DNA of 64,000 bases from Escherichia coli (GTDB lineage Bacteria > Pseudomonadota > Gammaproteobacteria > Enterobacterales > Enterobacteriaceae). The notes beneath the pieces were generated by a model. That model worked only from the letters and a program-made list of their open reading frames with translations. It had not been told where the DNA came from and ran no database searches. Shown one piece after another: positions 29,787-39,280 of the stretch. Made by a program: the position numbers and the translations under genes. The DNA is taken from the NCBI RefSeq assembly GCF_011045215.1, contig NZ_CP049201.1; one strand, written 5' to 3'. Positions within the stretch are counted from its first letter, which is position 1. Each line of letters starts with the position of its first letter.

Positions 29787-30032
29787 ATGTTCAGGAAAAG
29801 ATGTTTATTATGTTACCCGGTACTGACCGTGTTATTCTGTATTACATCCTGTGTTCCGCCAGATGAAGCGATTTACAGCGGCAGGGAACAGATTATAACA
29901 GGAGGGGCAGGTACACCGATATATAAAGAGGACAGTAAAGGACATCAGAAGCGCGATATACGAATGGAACGAATCAGGGACCATGGGTGTGAAGATAACA
30001 GTACAGACTGTGGCAGACCATTTGGCTGGTAG
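29787..30032 (+). CDS. Small putative lipoprotein
   Basis: ORF 29745..30032; internal Met gives MFRKRCLLCYPVLTVLFCITSC with lipobox-like ITSC; weak RBS. Confidence 0.3.
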   Translation: MFRKRCLLCYPVLTVLFCITSCVPPDEAIYSGREQIITGGAGTPIYKEDSKGHQKRDIRMERIRDHGCEDNSTDCGRPFGW

Positions 30033-30206
30033 TTATTGTCAGGAAGCGTCTGGTGTTTATTATTTTTATGCACACGTCGTGGCAGGGGATTAACAGAAGA
30101 TGATTTCTGATATGTGTTATTCCTGATTTTTCTCAGGGTTGCGCCGGGTGCTCAGGATATATAGCCAGGAGAATTCTTCGGGAAGAGGAGAGCCTCTTAT
30201 TTGTTA

Positions 30207-31451
30207 ATGAGAAAAGCAGAAGTGAATGACTCTTTCATCACAAAAATCCTGACAGGTAATAACGTTCTGCGTGCTGCAATTGCCCGCATTGAGTGGGTTT
30301 TTGAAACATTTCCGTCGGTATGTCTGTCTTTTTCAGGTGGAAAGGATTCCACCGTACTGTTCCATCTTGTGGCAAATGTGGCCCGCAGGAAAAAACGTCG
30401 ATTCTCTGTACTGTTCATTGACTGGGAAGCCCAGTACCAGTGTACCGTTGAACATATTCAGAAGATGCGGAATATGTACGGGGATGTGACGGAGACCTTT
30501 TACTGGGTGGCACTTCCCCTGACCACGGTAAACGGTGTCTCACAGTTTCAGCCGGAGTGGATATGCTGGGAACCTGGTGTGACCTGGGTCCGTCAGCCAC
30601 CGGAAGAGGCCATTACGGATATGGCGTATTTTCCCTTCTACCGGTATGCCATGACCTTTGAAGAATTTGTTCCGGCATTTTCTTCCTGGTTTGCCGGTAA
30701 CCGGTGCGGTGTGGCGATACTGACTGGTGTCCGTGCGGATGAATCCCTCAACCGCTTTATGGGACTGGTGTCTCAGCGTAAGCTCAGATATGCCGATGAT
30801 AAACCCTGGACCACGGCATCACCTCAAGGGTTTTACTACACCATGTATCCATTGTATGACTGGAAAGCCCGTGATATCTGGATATATAACGCCAGAACCC
30901 GTGCCATCTACAATCCCCTGTATGACCTGATGTACCGTGCCGGTGTGCCGTTACGTAACATGCGTGTCTGTGAGCCTTTTGGCCCGGAACAACGTAAGGG
31001 GCTGTGGCTTTACCATGTTCTGGAGCCGGAAACCTGGGCCAGGATGTGTGAGCGGGTGTCAGGGGCTGCCAGTGGGGCGCGTTATGCCAATGAAAGCGGT
31101 GCCTATTTTGCCCTGCGTAAACGTATATCAAAACCGGCTCATCATACCTGGCGCAGCTATGCGATGTTCCTGCTGGATGTGATGCCGGAAAGAACGGCAG
31201 AACATTACCGTAACAAAATTGCTGTCTACCTGCGCTGGTATCAAACGCGGGGCTTCCCGGACGATATCCCGGATGAACAGGAAAATGACCTGGGCTGCCG
31301 GGATATTCCGTCCTGGCGACGTATCTGTAAGACACTCATAAAGAATGATTTCTGGTGCCGGACCCTCTCCTTCAGCCCGAACAAACCCCGGCACTATGAA
31401 CGTTACCTGCAGCGTATGAAAGAAAGGAGGAAGGAATGGGGGATTCTGTGA
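30207..31451 (+). CDS. ibrA: PAPS-reductase-like (PP-loop ATPase) protein, IbrA-like
   Basis: ORF 30201..31451; PP-loop motif SFSGGKDS near N-terminus; paired with a ParB-like gene downstream. Confidence 0.8.
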   Translation: MRKAEVNDSFITKILTGNNVLRAAIARIEWVFETFPSVCLSFSGGKDSTVLFHLVANVARRKKRRFSVLFIDWEAQYQCTVEHIQKMRNMYGDVTETFYWVALPLTTVNGVSQFQPEWICWEPGVTWVRQPPEEAITDMAYFPFYRYAMTFEEFVPAFSSWFAGNRCGVAILTGVRADESLNRFMGLVSQRKLRYADDKPWTTASPQGFYYTMYPLYDWKARDIWIYNARTRAIYNPLYDLMYRAGVPLRNMRVCEPFGPEQRKGLWLYHVLEPETWARMCERVSGAASGARYANESGAYFALRKRISKPAHHTWRSYAMFLLDVMPERTAEHYRNKIAVYLRWYQTRGFPDDIPDEQENDLGCRDIPSWRRICKTLIKNDFWCRTLSFSPNKPRHYERYLQRMKERRKEWGIL

Positions 31452-32074
31452 CAGCGGAGATACTGGGTAACATGATTCGTCAGTACTTCAGCCAGGAGCG
31501 AGCAGAAGAAGAGACCATACAGGCTCTGAATCATCTGCGCAGGGTGCTGCATGAGGTCAGTCCTTTTGCACAGGAGCCTGTGGACTGTGTGCTGTGGGTG
31601 AAAGCGGATGAGGTGGTGGCCAATGATTATAACCCCAATGTCATGGCACCGGGTGAGAAAAAACTGCTGAAACATTCACTGGAGCAGGATGGGTTCACGC
31701 AGCCTGTGGTTGTCTCGGAAGAGAAGGAGCATTATCTGGTCGTGGATGGTTTTCATCGTCAATTACTGGGCAGGGAAGCAGGTACGGGAAAACGTCTGAA
31801 GGGCTGGTTGCCAGTGACCTGTATTAATCCGGACAGAAGGGGGCAGGCCTCACGTATTGCTGCGACCATTCGACATAACCGGGCCAGGGGGAAACACCAG
31901 ATAACCTCAATGTCTGATATTGTCAGAGACCTGTCACGTCTGGGCTGGACGGATGAACGCATTGGTACAGAGCTGGGGATGGACCAGGATGAAGTGCTGA
32001 GACTGAAACAGATTAGCGGGCTGACGGAACTGTTTCAGGAAGAAAATTTCAGTCAATCCTGGACTGTTAATTAA
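31436..32074 (+). CDS. ibrB: ParB-like nuclease-domain protein, IbrB-like
   Basis: 212 aa; ParB/Srx-type motif ...HYLVVDGFHRQ... and ...IRHNRARG...; overlaps ibrA 3' end. Confidence 0.75.
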   Translation: MGDSVTAEILGNMIRQYFSQERAEEETIQALNHLRRVLHEVSPFAQEPVDCVLWVKADEVVANDYNPNVMAPGEKKLLKHSLEQDGFTQPVVVSEEKEHYLVVDGFHRQLLGREAGTGKRLKGWLPVTCINPDRRGQASRIAATIRHNRARGKHQITSMSDIVRDLSRLGWTDERIGTELGMDQDEVLRLKQISGLTELFQEENFSQSWTVN

Positions 32075-32244
32075 TCGTAATGTTCCGGGGACCTCATCTT
32101 TCACAGAAATATTCTGTTCATTAGCATTCCGGTATTCGTATAACTTCTTTCTGTGGAGAGTAAACAATGCCCAGGATGCGATGGACGCTTGATCAGAAAA
32201 AACATCACGTTGCCGCATGGCGCGCAAGCGGCCTTACCCGTGAA
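32074..32244 (+). repeat. ~170-bp direct repeat, copy 1 (IS-end-like sequence plus first 26 codons of an HTH transposase)
   Basis: Near-identical to 34339..34508 (one 1-nt indel); both contain ATGCCCAGGATGCGATGGACGCTTGATCAG... Confidence 0.8.
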
Positions 32245-32342
32245 CAGTACTGTGAACTTTACGACATTCCGTTTAAATCCCTGCGCCAGTGGCCGCAGGA
32301 TGTCGCAAAAGCCGAAAAACGGCTCTTCCGCAACCTGGGTTG
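32167..32342 (+). pseudogene. Truncated HTH transposase OrfA (IS66/IS3-like), 58 codons
   Basis: MPRMRWTLDQKKHHVAAWRASGLTREQYCELYDIPFKSLRQW...; too short for an intact orfA; not in ORF track (below size cut-off). Confidence 0.5.
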
Positions 32343-32439
32343 AGATTTTCATGCCAGTGGACTCATGACCCTCTGCCTGAGTAGTTCAAATCCGGCTCGA
32401 CTGCAAAATGGCATCTGAATCGATCGCAGTTTGGCATTC

Positions 32440-33929
32440 CATATCCTTACCCATAAATCCGAGTGATGTTATTCTGTTGATAAATTAACCATAATTTAGA
32501 GGAACTATGGAAAACTGGGTTATTAAGGAGCTGGAATCTCTGAATGTTGGTGATATCAGGCTCGAAAAGCGAATAAAGCACGTTCTCAGTGTGCTTAGCC
32601 GTTCACCAAAGGAAAGTATTCCCGTATCCTGCCGTACCTGGAGTGAGACAAAAGCTGCTTATCGTTGCTTTTCCAGTGATAAAATTTCAGCCGATAAAAT
32701 CATGGCTCCCCATAAGAAAAATATCATCGAAAGGACTAAACAGTTTAAACGGGCTCTGGTTTTACAGGATACGACTGAACTAAATTATTCTGGTCAAAAA
32801 AAGAAACAGGGCGTCGGTCCCAGACGACATGAAAATGAGCGAGATTTGTTTATTCACCCTCAATTGGTTATAAGTGATTCAGGTATTTGCTTAGGGGTTT
32901 ATGATGATTATCAATGGTTCAGAAAAGAACTCAAAACTCAGAAACAAAGTCGTAAAGAAATAACTAATGATTCACTTCACAGGAAACATATCAGTGAGAA
33001 AGAAACAGGACGGTGGATAGAAGGATATAAAAAAGCAACAGAACTGGCTAGGTCCTGTCCTGATACCCAGATAATTTCTGTTTCAGACCGTGAAGGTGAT
33101 ATTTACGACCTCTTTGAGAGTGCAGAAAATGAAAGTGGGATAAAGGCTGACTGGCTCGTAAGAATGAAGAGCATTAACCGGGCTATACTGAATTCATCAG
33201 GAAAAAGAGACTCATTACTCCTGAATGAAAAAATGATGCAGATTTTGCCACAGCAGATAATTGAGTTTACCCTTCCGGAAGGACGAGGACAACCTTCCCG
33301 CAAAGTCCAGCAGGAGCTACGCTTAGCAAGGTTGACGCTACATCCACCCACCGGTCGAAGAGGAAAGTTACGTTGTTCTCCGGTAACGGTAACTGTATTA
33401 CTTGCAAAGGAAATAAATGCTCCAGAAAGTGTCCAGCCATTAGTATGGTGGCTAATGAGTAGTGTACCTCCAGAAAAGCTGACGGAACCCGCACAGCTTA
33501 TTCAATGGTATTTATTACGCTGGCAGATTGAAGTTTTCTTTAAGGTATTAAAAAGCGGATGTCAGGTTGAGAAATTACAACTTGAGACATTTGAACGCAC
33601 AAGGAACTGTCTGGCCTTATACCTTATAATCTCATGGAGAATACTTTATCTTAGCTCATTGTATAAAATGGTTCCGGAGGAACCCTGTGATTTAATTTTC
33701 GAAAAGAAAGAATATGAGTATCTCTGGATATTGGTAGAGAATACGCCTCCACCTGAAAACATACCGAATATAAGAACGGCGGTTTTAATGCTTGCAAGAT
33801 TAGGAGGATATCTGGCAAGAAAAAATGATTCGCCTCCAGGCCCTAAGACTATATGGTCAGGATTAACACAATTAATGCTGTCAATTAATGCCATAGAAAT
33901 AGCCCAGAAAACTTGTGGGTAAGGGTATG
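32440..33929 (+). mobile_element. Intact IS4-family (IS50/Tn5-like) insertion sequence with 9-bp target duplication TTGGCATTC
   Basis: Imperfect terminal inverted repeats CATATCCTTACCCATAAAT (32440) vs CATACCCTTACCCACAAGT (rc of 33911-33929); identical 9-mers at 32431-32439 and 33930-33938. Confidence 0.8.
32507..33922 (+). CDS. IS4-family DDE transposase
   Basis: 471 aa; signature YLLRWQIEVFFKVLK (Y-x2-R-x3-E-x6-K) typical of IS4/IS50 transposases. Confidence 0.9.
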   Translation: MENWVIKELESLNVGDIRLEKRIKHVLSVLSRSPKESIPVSCRTWSETKAAYRCFSSDKISADKIMAPHKKNIIERTKQFKRALVLQDTTELNYSGQKKKQGVGPRRHENERDLFIHPQLVISDSGICLGVYDDYQWFRKELKTQKQSRKEITNDSLHRKHISEKETGRWIEGYKKATELARSCPDTQIISVSDREGDIYDLFESAENESGIKADWLVRMKSINRAILNSSGKRDSLLLNEKMMQILPQQIIEFTLPEGRGQPSRKVQQELRLARLTLHPPTGRRGKLRCSPVTVTVLLAKEINAPESVQPLVWWLMSSVPPEKLTEPAQLIQWYLLRWQIEVFFKVLKSGCQVEKLQLETFERTRNCLALYLIISWRILYLSSLYKMVPEEPCDLIFEKKEYEYLWILVENTPPPENIPNIRTAVLMLARLGGYLARKNDSPPGPKTIWSGLTQLMLSINAIEIAQKTCG

Positions 33930-34032
33930 TTGGCATTCGAATCGATCATGATTTGGCATCCATCTCCGATCACAGTTTGGCATCACAATCGATCACGATT
34001 TGGCACGCTTCCGATCATTGATTGGCATCCTG
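33930..34032 (+). repeat. Tandem array of ~23-bp GATC-containing repeats (consensus ...TTTGGCAT...CGATC); a further unit lies at 32405-32439 on the other side of the IS4 element
   Basis: Successive units ...tttggcatccatctccgatc / acagtttggcatcacaatcgatc / acgatttggcacgcttccgatc...; array is split by the IS4 insertion. Confidence 0.6.
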
Positions 34033-34345
34033 CCAGTCACTCCGGGAATTAACTCTTTTCGCCACAGTCTTCATTGCCGTGTTTAAACCAATGGAGACGG
34101 CAATGTCCAGAAAGAGAAAATCCAGGAGCACTATGGAAACCTGTTTTAAGATCCTTCAGCTCAAGTTCGACCAGAAGCTGACTAACCGTTGTATCGGGCT
34201 GACATTACACATCAGCGCCTCAACCGTTTTTGAGGTTCTTGCACGCTTCAAAGCCTCTTCTCTGTCATGGCCATTACCTGCTGATATATCCCATGACACG
34301 CTGGAGAAACTCATTTTTCCGCCCAAAGACACCTTTGCATCGTAA
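34022..34345 (+). pseudogene. N-terminal fragment of an HTH transposase (possibly IS21-family IstA-like)
   Basis: ...MSRKRKSRSTMETCFKILQLKFDQKLTNRCIGLTLHISASTVFEVL... HTH-like; truncated where the ~170-bp repeat copy 2 begins. Confidence 0.35.
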
Positions 34346-34508
34346 TGTTCCGGGGACCTCATCTTCACAGAAATATTCTGTTCATTAGCATTCCGGTATT
34401 CGTATAACTTCTTTCTGTGGAGAGTAAACAATGCCCAGGATGCGATGGACGCTTGATCAGAAAAAACATCACGTTGCCGCATGGCGCGCAAGCGGCCTTA
34501 CCCGTGAA
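34339..34508 (+). repeat. ~170-bp direct repeat, copy 2
   Basis: See copy 1 at 32074..32244; here the transposase reading frame diverges after codon 26 and is followed by an IS110-family element. Confidence 0.8.
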
Positions 34509-34657
34509 AATGTAATGAACGCATCCCACACAATTAAACACGGAGCAGTATGATGGTTAAAAGGGTGAAACTGGCAGGTGTGGAGCCTCGCAGATTTCCG
34601 GCATCATAGTGCCCAATACGGGATGCATAAAGCTCCCTCAGACTGGAGACTCCACAA

Positions 34658-35677
34658 ATGAAATATACACCGGTTGGCGTTGATATCGCAAAACATGTCA
34701 TTCAGATTCACTTCATCAATGAGCACACAGGTGAAGTGGTTGATAAACAGTTGCGTAGACAGGATTTTCTGACGTTCTTCGGCAACCGTGAGCCATGCCT
34801 GATTGGTATGGAGGCCTGTGGAGGTTCTCAGCACTGGGCACGGGAACTGACAAAACTTGGTCATAAAGTCCGGTTGTTGCAGGCCCGCTTCGTTAAGGCA
34901 TTCGTCATGGGCAATAAGAATGATGTGATGGATGCCCGGGCTATCTGGATGGCGGTTCAGCAGCCGGGTAAAGAAATCGCCGTAAAAACAGAAGAACAGC
35001 AGTCGGTACTGGTTCTGCACCGTACCCGCATGCAACTGGTGAAGTTCCGGACCGCACAAATTAATGCCCTGCACGGGACGTTACTGGAGTTTGGTGAAAC
35101 CATCCACAAAGGCCGGGCAGCGATGGAACGGGAGTTCCCTGAAGCACTGGAGCGGATGAAAGAGAGACTGCCACTGTATCTCATTACAGTGCTGGAAAAT
35201 CAGTACAACAGGCTGAATGAACTGGACTCACTGATAGATGATATAGAAAAACAGCTTACCAGTGTGGCGAGACAGAATGAAACCTGTAGACGGTTGCTGG
35301 ATATTCCTGGCGTTGGTCCACTTATTGCAACGGCAGCGTTGGCCATCATGGGGAAAGCATCAGTGTTTAAATCAGGGCGAGAGTTCGCGGCTTATGTTGG
35401 TCTGGTGCCCAGACAGACAGGCTCAGGAGGAAAAATCCGCCTGCTGGGAATAAGCAAACGTGGTGATAAATATCTGCGAACCCTGTTTATTCATGGTGCA
35501 AGGGCGGCAGCATTACTGACCAAAGAACCTGGGCCGTGGATAACCGAACTGAAAAAACGTCGTCCGGCCAGCGTGGCAATCGTCGCAATGGCAAACAAGC
35601 TGGCGCGAACGGTGTGGGCAATAGCCGCTCACGGACGTAAATACGACAAAAATCATGTCAGTATCAGGCCTTATTAA
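34658..35677 (+). CDS. IS110-family transposase
   Basis: 339 aa; N-terminal DEDD-type domain (MKYTPVGVDIAKHV...) and C-terminal ...IPGVGPLIATAALAIMG...FAAYVGLVPRQ... helix-hairpin-helix region typical of IS110 family. Confidence 0.9.
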   Translation: MKYTPVGVDIAKHVIQIHFINEHTGEVVDKQLRRQDFLTFFGNREPCLIGMEACGGSQHWARELTKLGHKVRLLQARFVKAFVMGNKNDVMDARAIWMAVQQPGKEIAVKTEEQQSVLVLHRTRMQLVKFRTAQINALHGTLLEFGETIHKGRAAMEREFPEALERMKERLPLYLITVLENQYNRLNELDSLIDDIEKQLTSVARQNETCRRLLDIPGVGPLIATAALAIMGKASVFKSGREFAAYVGLVPRQTGSGGKIRLLGISKRGDKYLRTLFIHGARAAALLTKEPGPWITELKKRRPASVAIVAMANKLARTVWAIAAHGRKYDKNHVSIRPY

Positions 35678-35862
35678 TCGCTGATACCGATAAACATAAA
35701 CTCTTTACAAAAGGGTGAATGCTGAAAGGTTGCGTGGGCAGCCGTAGTGATGACAACGACAGGTAAGACCGGGACTCGCTAAACCTGAATCTGCTCTGGA
35801 GATTAAAGCTCGCTGGGAGAATAAGGCGCGAGTCAGCGTATTACATAGGGGCCCGCAGCTTC

Positions 35863-37365
35863 ATGGCTGCAACAAGGCCGGATATAGAGCTGCAACCTAC
35901 CGTCAATGTCAAAACTACGAAAGCCTTGCAAACGGGATGCGTTCATATAGAGCAGATGAAGCTCGCACGCCAGCAGCGTTTTGGTAAAAAATGCGAATCG
36001 CTGGCCGGGATGCAGCGTTCCCTGTTCGAAGAGGATGTTGACGCGGATATCGCAGAAATCTCGGCGCGTCTGGACAAACTGCTTCCTCAGACCGGGGACG
36101 AAGAAAAAACAACACGTCCTGTTCGTAAGCCCTTGCCTTCACATCTTCCCCGTGCTGAAAAGGTTATCCCGCCAGCTGAGGAACGTTGTCCTGACTGTGA
36201 TGCCCCCCTGCACTTCATTCGCGATGAAGTCAGCGAGAAGCTGGAATATATCCCCGCACAGGTTGTGGTCCACCGCTATATCCGCCCGCAGTACAGCTGT
36301 CCCTGCTGTGAGAAAGTGTTCAGCGGAAAAATGCCGGCACATATCCTTCCGAAAAGTGCTGTTGAGCCATCGGTCATCGCACAGGTTGTCATCAGCAAAT
36401 ATACCGACCATCTGCCCCTGTATCGCCAGCAGCACATTTTCTCCCGAATGGGTGTGGAGCTCCCCGTCAGTACAATGGCGGATATGGTCGGTGTTGCTGG
36501 CGCTGCACTGGCCCCGCTGGCAAAATTGTTACGCCACGAGCTTCTGACACGGGATGTTATTCATGCAGATGAAACGTCCCTGAGGCTCCTTGATACCCGG
36601 AAAGGCGGTAAATCCTGCTCCGGCTGGCTGTGGGCTTACGTCAGCGGAGAAAGAAGCGGTCCGCCGGTCGTCTGTTTTGACTCGCAGACCGGACGGGCCC
36701 TCAGATATCCTGAGGCCTGGCTGCAGGGCTGGCGTGGTGGCACGCTGGTGAGTGACGGATACAGCGTGTACAAATCTCTGGCGGATAATGACCCCGGTAT
36801 TACATCTGCCTGTTGCTGGAGCCACGCAAGACGCGGCTTCGCCAGTCTGTATAAGGCCAGCAGGGAGCCCCGTGCAGCCATGGCGCTGAGAAAAATCGCG
36901 GGTCTTTATCGCATTGAGAAGTTCATCCGTGAACGTCCTGTGGAAAAAATACGGCAATGGCGACAACGGTATTCCCGGCCGATAGTGAATGACCTGTTTG
37001 CCTGGCTTGAAGAGCAGGAGCCGTGCTGTCCGCCCGACGGACCACTAAACAAAGCGATTAATTATATCCTGAACCGGCGCGATGAACTGAGCTGCTTCCT
37101 GGGTGACGGAGCCGTGCCCCTGGACAACAATATCTGCGAGCGTGCTATCCGCCCGGTCGTTATGGGACGAAAGGCCTGGTTGTTCGCCGGTTCACTGATG
37201 GCCGGAAACCGCGCGGCACAGATAATGAGCCTTCTGGAAACGGCAAAACGTAATGGTCTGGAGCCACATGCCTGGCTGACAGACGTCCTGGCGCGTCTGC
37301 CGGAATGGCCAGAGGAGCGACTGGCAGAGTTGCTGCCCCTTGAGGGATTTACCTTCTCCGGGTGA
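35863..37365 (+). CDS. tnpC: IS66-family transposase TnpC, second distinct copy, N-terminally truncated
   Basis: 500 aa; aligns with TnpC at 8242..9780 from the ...FGKKCES... region onward (CPDCDA...CPCC zinc-finger-like, DDE core); lacks the N-terminal coiled-coil; no cognate tnpA/tnpB adjacent. Confidence 0.85.
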   Translation: MAATRPDIELQPTVNVKTTKALQTGCVHIEQMKLARQQRFGKKCESLAGMQRSLFEEDVDADIAEISARLDKLLPQTGDEEKTTRPVRKPLPSHLPRAEKVIPPAEERCPDCDAPLHFIRDEVSEKLEYIPAQVVVHRYIRPQYSCPCCEKVFSGKMPAHILPKSAVEPSVIAQVVISKYTDHLPLYRQQHIFSRMGVELPVSTMADMVGVAGAALAPLAKLLRHELLTRDVIHADETSLRLLDTRKGGKSCSGWLWAYVSGERSGPPVVCFDSQTGRALRYPEAWLQGWRGGTLVSDGYSVYKSLADNDPGITSACCWSHARRGFASLYKASREPRAAMALRKIAGLYRIEKFIRERPVEKIRQWRQRYSRPIVNDLFAWLEEQEPCCPPDGPLNKAINYILNRRDELSCFLGDGAVPLDNNICERAIRPVVMGRKAWLFAGSLMAGNRAAQIMSLLETAKRNGLEPHAWLTDVLARLPEWPEERLAELLPLEGFTFSG

Positions 37366-38078
37366 GTGATACCTGTCGTCAGGTGTTCTTGCAGCGTGCC
37401 ATAATCTGCAGTCGGGAGTTGAACGCCTGACGACAGGAAATGAGCCAGGCCAGCCACCACGCGGGCTGACAGCGAATCAGAACCTGAGTCAGCCCGGAGC
37501 CATTCCCGGGGCTGCACTTCATCACCTGCCACCAGTACCCGTGTCAGTACTTCGCGACCTGACGCAATTATCCGACTCAGTCCTTCAGAACCCGCCTCCG
37601 ATACCAGCCTGGCGCTCGCCCCTGCGCAAGCAAAATAAATCAACCATTGTCAGACTGCGATCATTCGTATGCACCGCCGATGACGCGCCCGAAAACGCGT
37701 CAATATGAGTTCGCCGGAATATTACTTTCGATTCCCTTTATGCATAAGTCGAAATAATAATATTTTGTTGAAAAATCGAAGGTTATTTCAGGAGAGAGAA
37801 CAGGGTATTCAGGGAGTTAAGTTGTTGGATATGGGAATTCGGGAGCGTGGTCTTACTGAGTGGTCAATACTTTCGTAATCACGAAAATCACCGTCCTGGT
37901 CGCAACCAGCGTAATTCCGGAGCGGAGAATTACCACCTGGAGAAATAACACTATCGCAATAATGTTATTTCAGTGCCTTCAGACCTGTCGTGGCATTTTC
38001 CATGGTTGGATTAGGCAGGGGTACCAGCATAAATCACACTAAAAATATTAAAATGATAATTCACGTTGAAACTATATA

Positions 38079-38103
38079 CAGCCTCTGTAGTTAACAGAGG
38101 CTG
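38079..38103 (-). terminator. Hairpin downstream of the yfdX-like gene (putative terminator)
   Basis: CAGCCTCTG-TAGTTAA-CAGAGGCTG, 9-bp stem, ~40 nt after the stop on the minus strand; weak T-tract. Confidence 0.45.
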
Positions 38104-38140
38104 GTCGATATTGTATAATATGACGATTTCTGGTTAGTTA

Positions 38141-38752
38141 TCAGTGAAGGCTGACCGTATCCATAATCGTGCCATCTTCAGCGCCTTTCAGAGCGAGATT
38201 GGCTTCGTAATATTTACCTTCAGCCATTAAGCTCTGTGCACTCTTCACTTTCTGCTGAGTCTGTTTTAAAGGCATAAGCCACTGTGTTTCAGATATATTA
38301 ATTCCTGCCAGCTGCAGTTTTTCAATTGCACCTTTTTTGTCACCTTTATCCAGTTTTTTATTTGCTTCATCGATGGCTTTCTGCTTTTCTGGTGTGGCTG
38401 TAAAATCTTCTGCCAGCGTCAGTTGACTGTTAATAATGACATAAACATCGCCTTCCTGAGGGGTTTTTTTGTCTTTTCTGACCAGCTGCGCCCATGTTGT
38501 GTCTTCTGATGTTAACAATTTGTTTGCGTCATTTATCAGTTTTACAGCACCCTCCGTATCACCGCTAAAAAGAGTCAGGCGAGCATACTGAATATCTCTC
38601 ATAATATTTATGCCCCGTTGTTCCATCTTCATTTTTTCTGATGTAACAACAGGGTGATGAGCCGCTGATGTATCCTGAGTTTTTGTATCAGCAACGGCAA
38701 CGGAAGCAGCAAGAGAAGCTGCAAGGGCAATAGTGGTTAATATACGTTTCAT
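38141..38752 (-). CDS. YfdX-family periplasmic protein (putative)
   Basis: 203 aa; signal peptide (MKRILTTIALAASLAASVAVA), Lys/Ala-rich helical repeats, ...GKYYEANLALKGAEDG... motif recalled from YfdX family. Confidence 0.5.
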   Translation of the reverse strand: MKRILTTIALAASLAASVAVADTKTQDTSAAHHPVVTSEKMKMEQRGINIMRDIQYARLTLFSGDTEGAVKLINDANKLLTSEDTTWAQLVRKDKKTPQEGDVYVIINSQLTLAEDFTATPEKQKAIDEANKKLDKGDKKGAIEKLQLAGINISETQWLMPLKQTQQKVKSAQSLMAEGKYYEANLALKGAEDGTIMDTVSLH

Positions 38753-39280
38753 AAAATTACTCCATAACCATATAAAACAAACCCGTGTGTACGAAAATGA
38801 ATCATCTCACACAGGAATTTATATTAACGCTTCAGTCTATAATTAAGAAGTCTGACCACGTTATACTCTGCCAAAGATACAGCCGGGATAAAAATTCTCA
38901 TTACCAGTTAAAATTGTTATATTTTATTTATGGTCTGAAGGAGAATGTGTTTCTGTTAAGGTGGAAAATATACATAATGAGGCGCTTTCTTTCTGTATGG
39001 ACAAAGGTGGTCCTTGTCTACCAGACAGTACAATAGTGTGCGGGTTGTTATTATCAGTTACAGATGTAGTGCTATTGGTAGTGTGTTTTACATGTTGAAA
39101 TAATTAACCCGGGAATATACAGATTTGTTCTGTAAAACTCCTGAGGAAGCTGTTGTCAAATTGCACAGAAATGGCAAGGGGGCTGGTCGTACCCTGAAAC
39201 GGAAGAGTGCGCAGAATGAGTTTTGTCGCGATGGTTAGGGGAAAAACGGCAATAACACAGGTAAAAACGCTCAGTACCAG

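Noticed and set aside
33930-34032. Possible CRISPR array
   Set aside because: Units are ~23 bp with no unique spacers of CRISPR length and no cas genes nearby; better explained as IS-end or iteron-like tandem repeats
37062-37643. 193-aa ORF on the minus strand overlapping the end of IS66 tnpC
   Set aside because: Overlaps a well-supported transposase on the other strand; Ser/Arg/Ala-rich low complexity
37366-38140. Right terminal inverted repeat of the second IS66-type element
   Set aside because: No GTAAGCG-type terminus found on this side; the element appears truncated or rearranged, so no boundary is called
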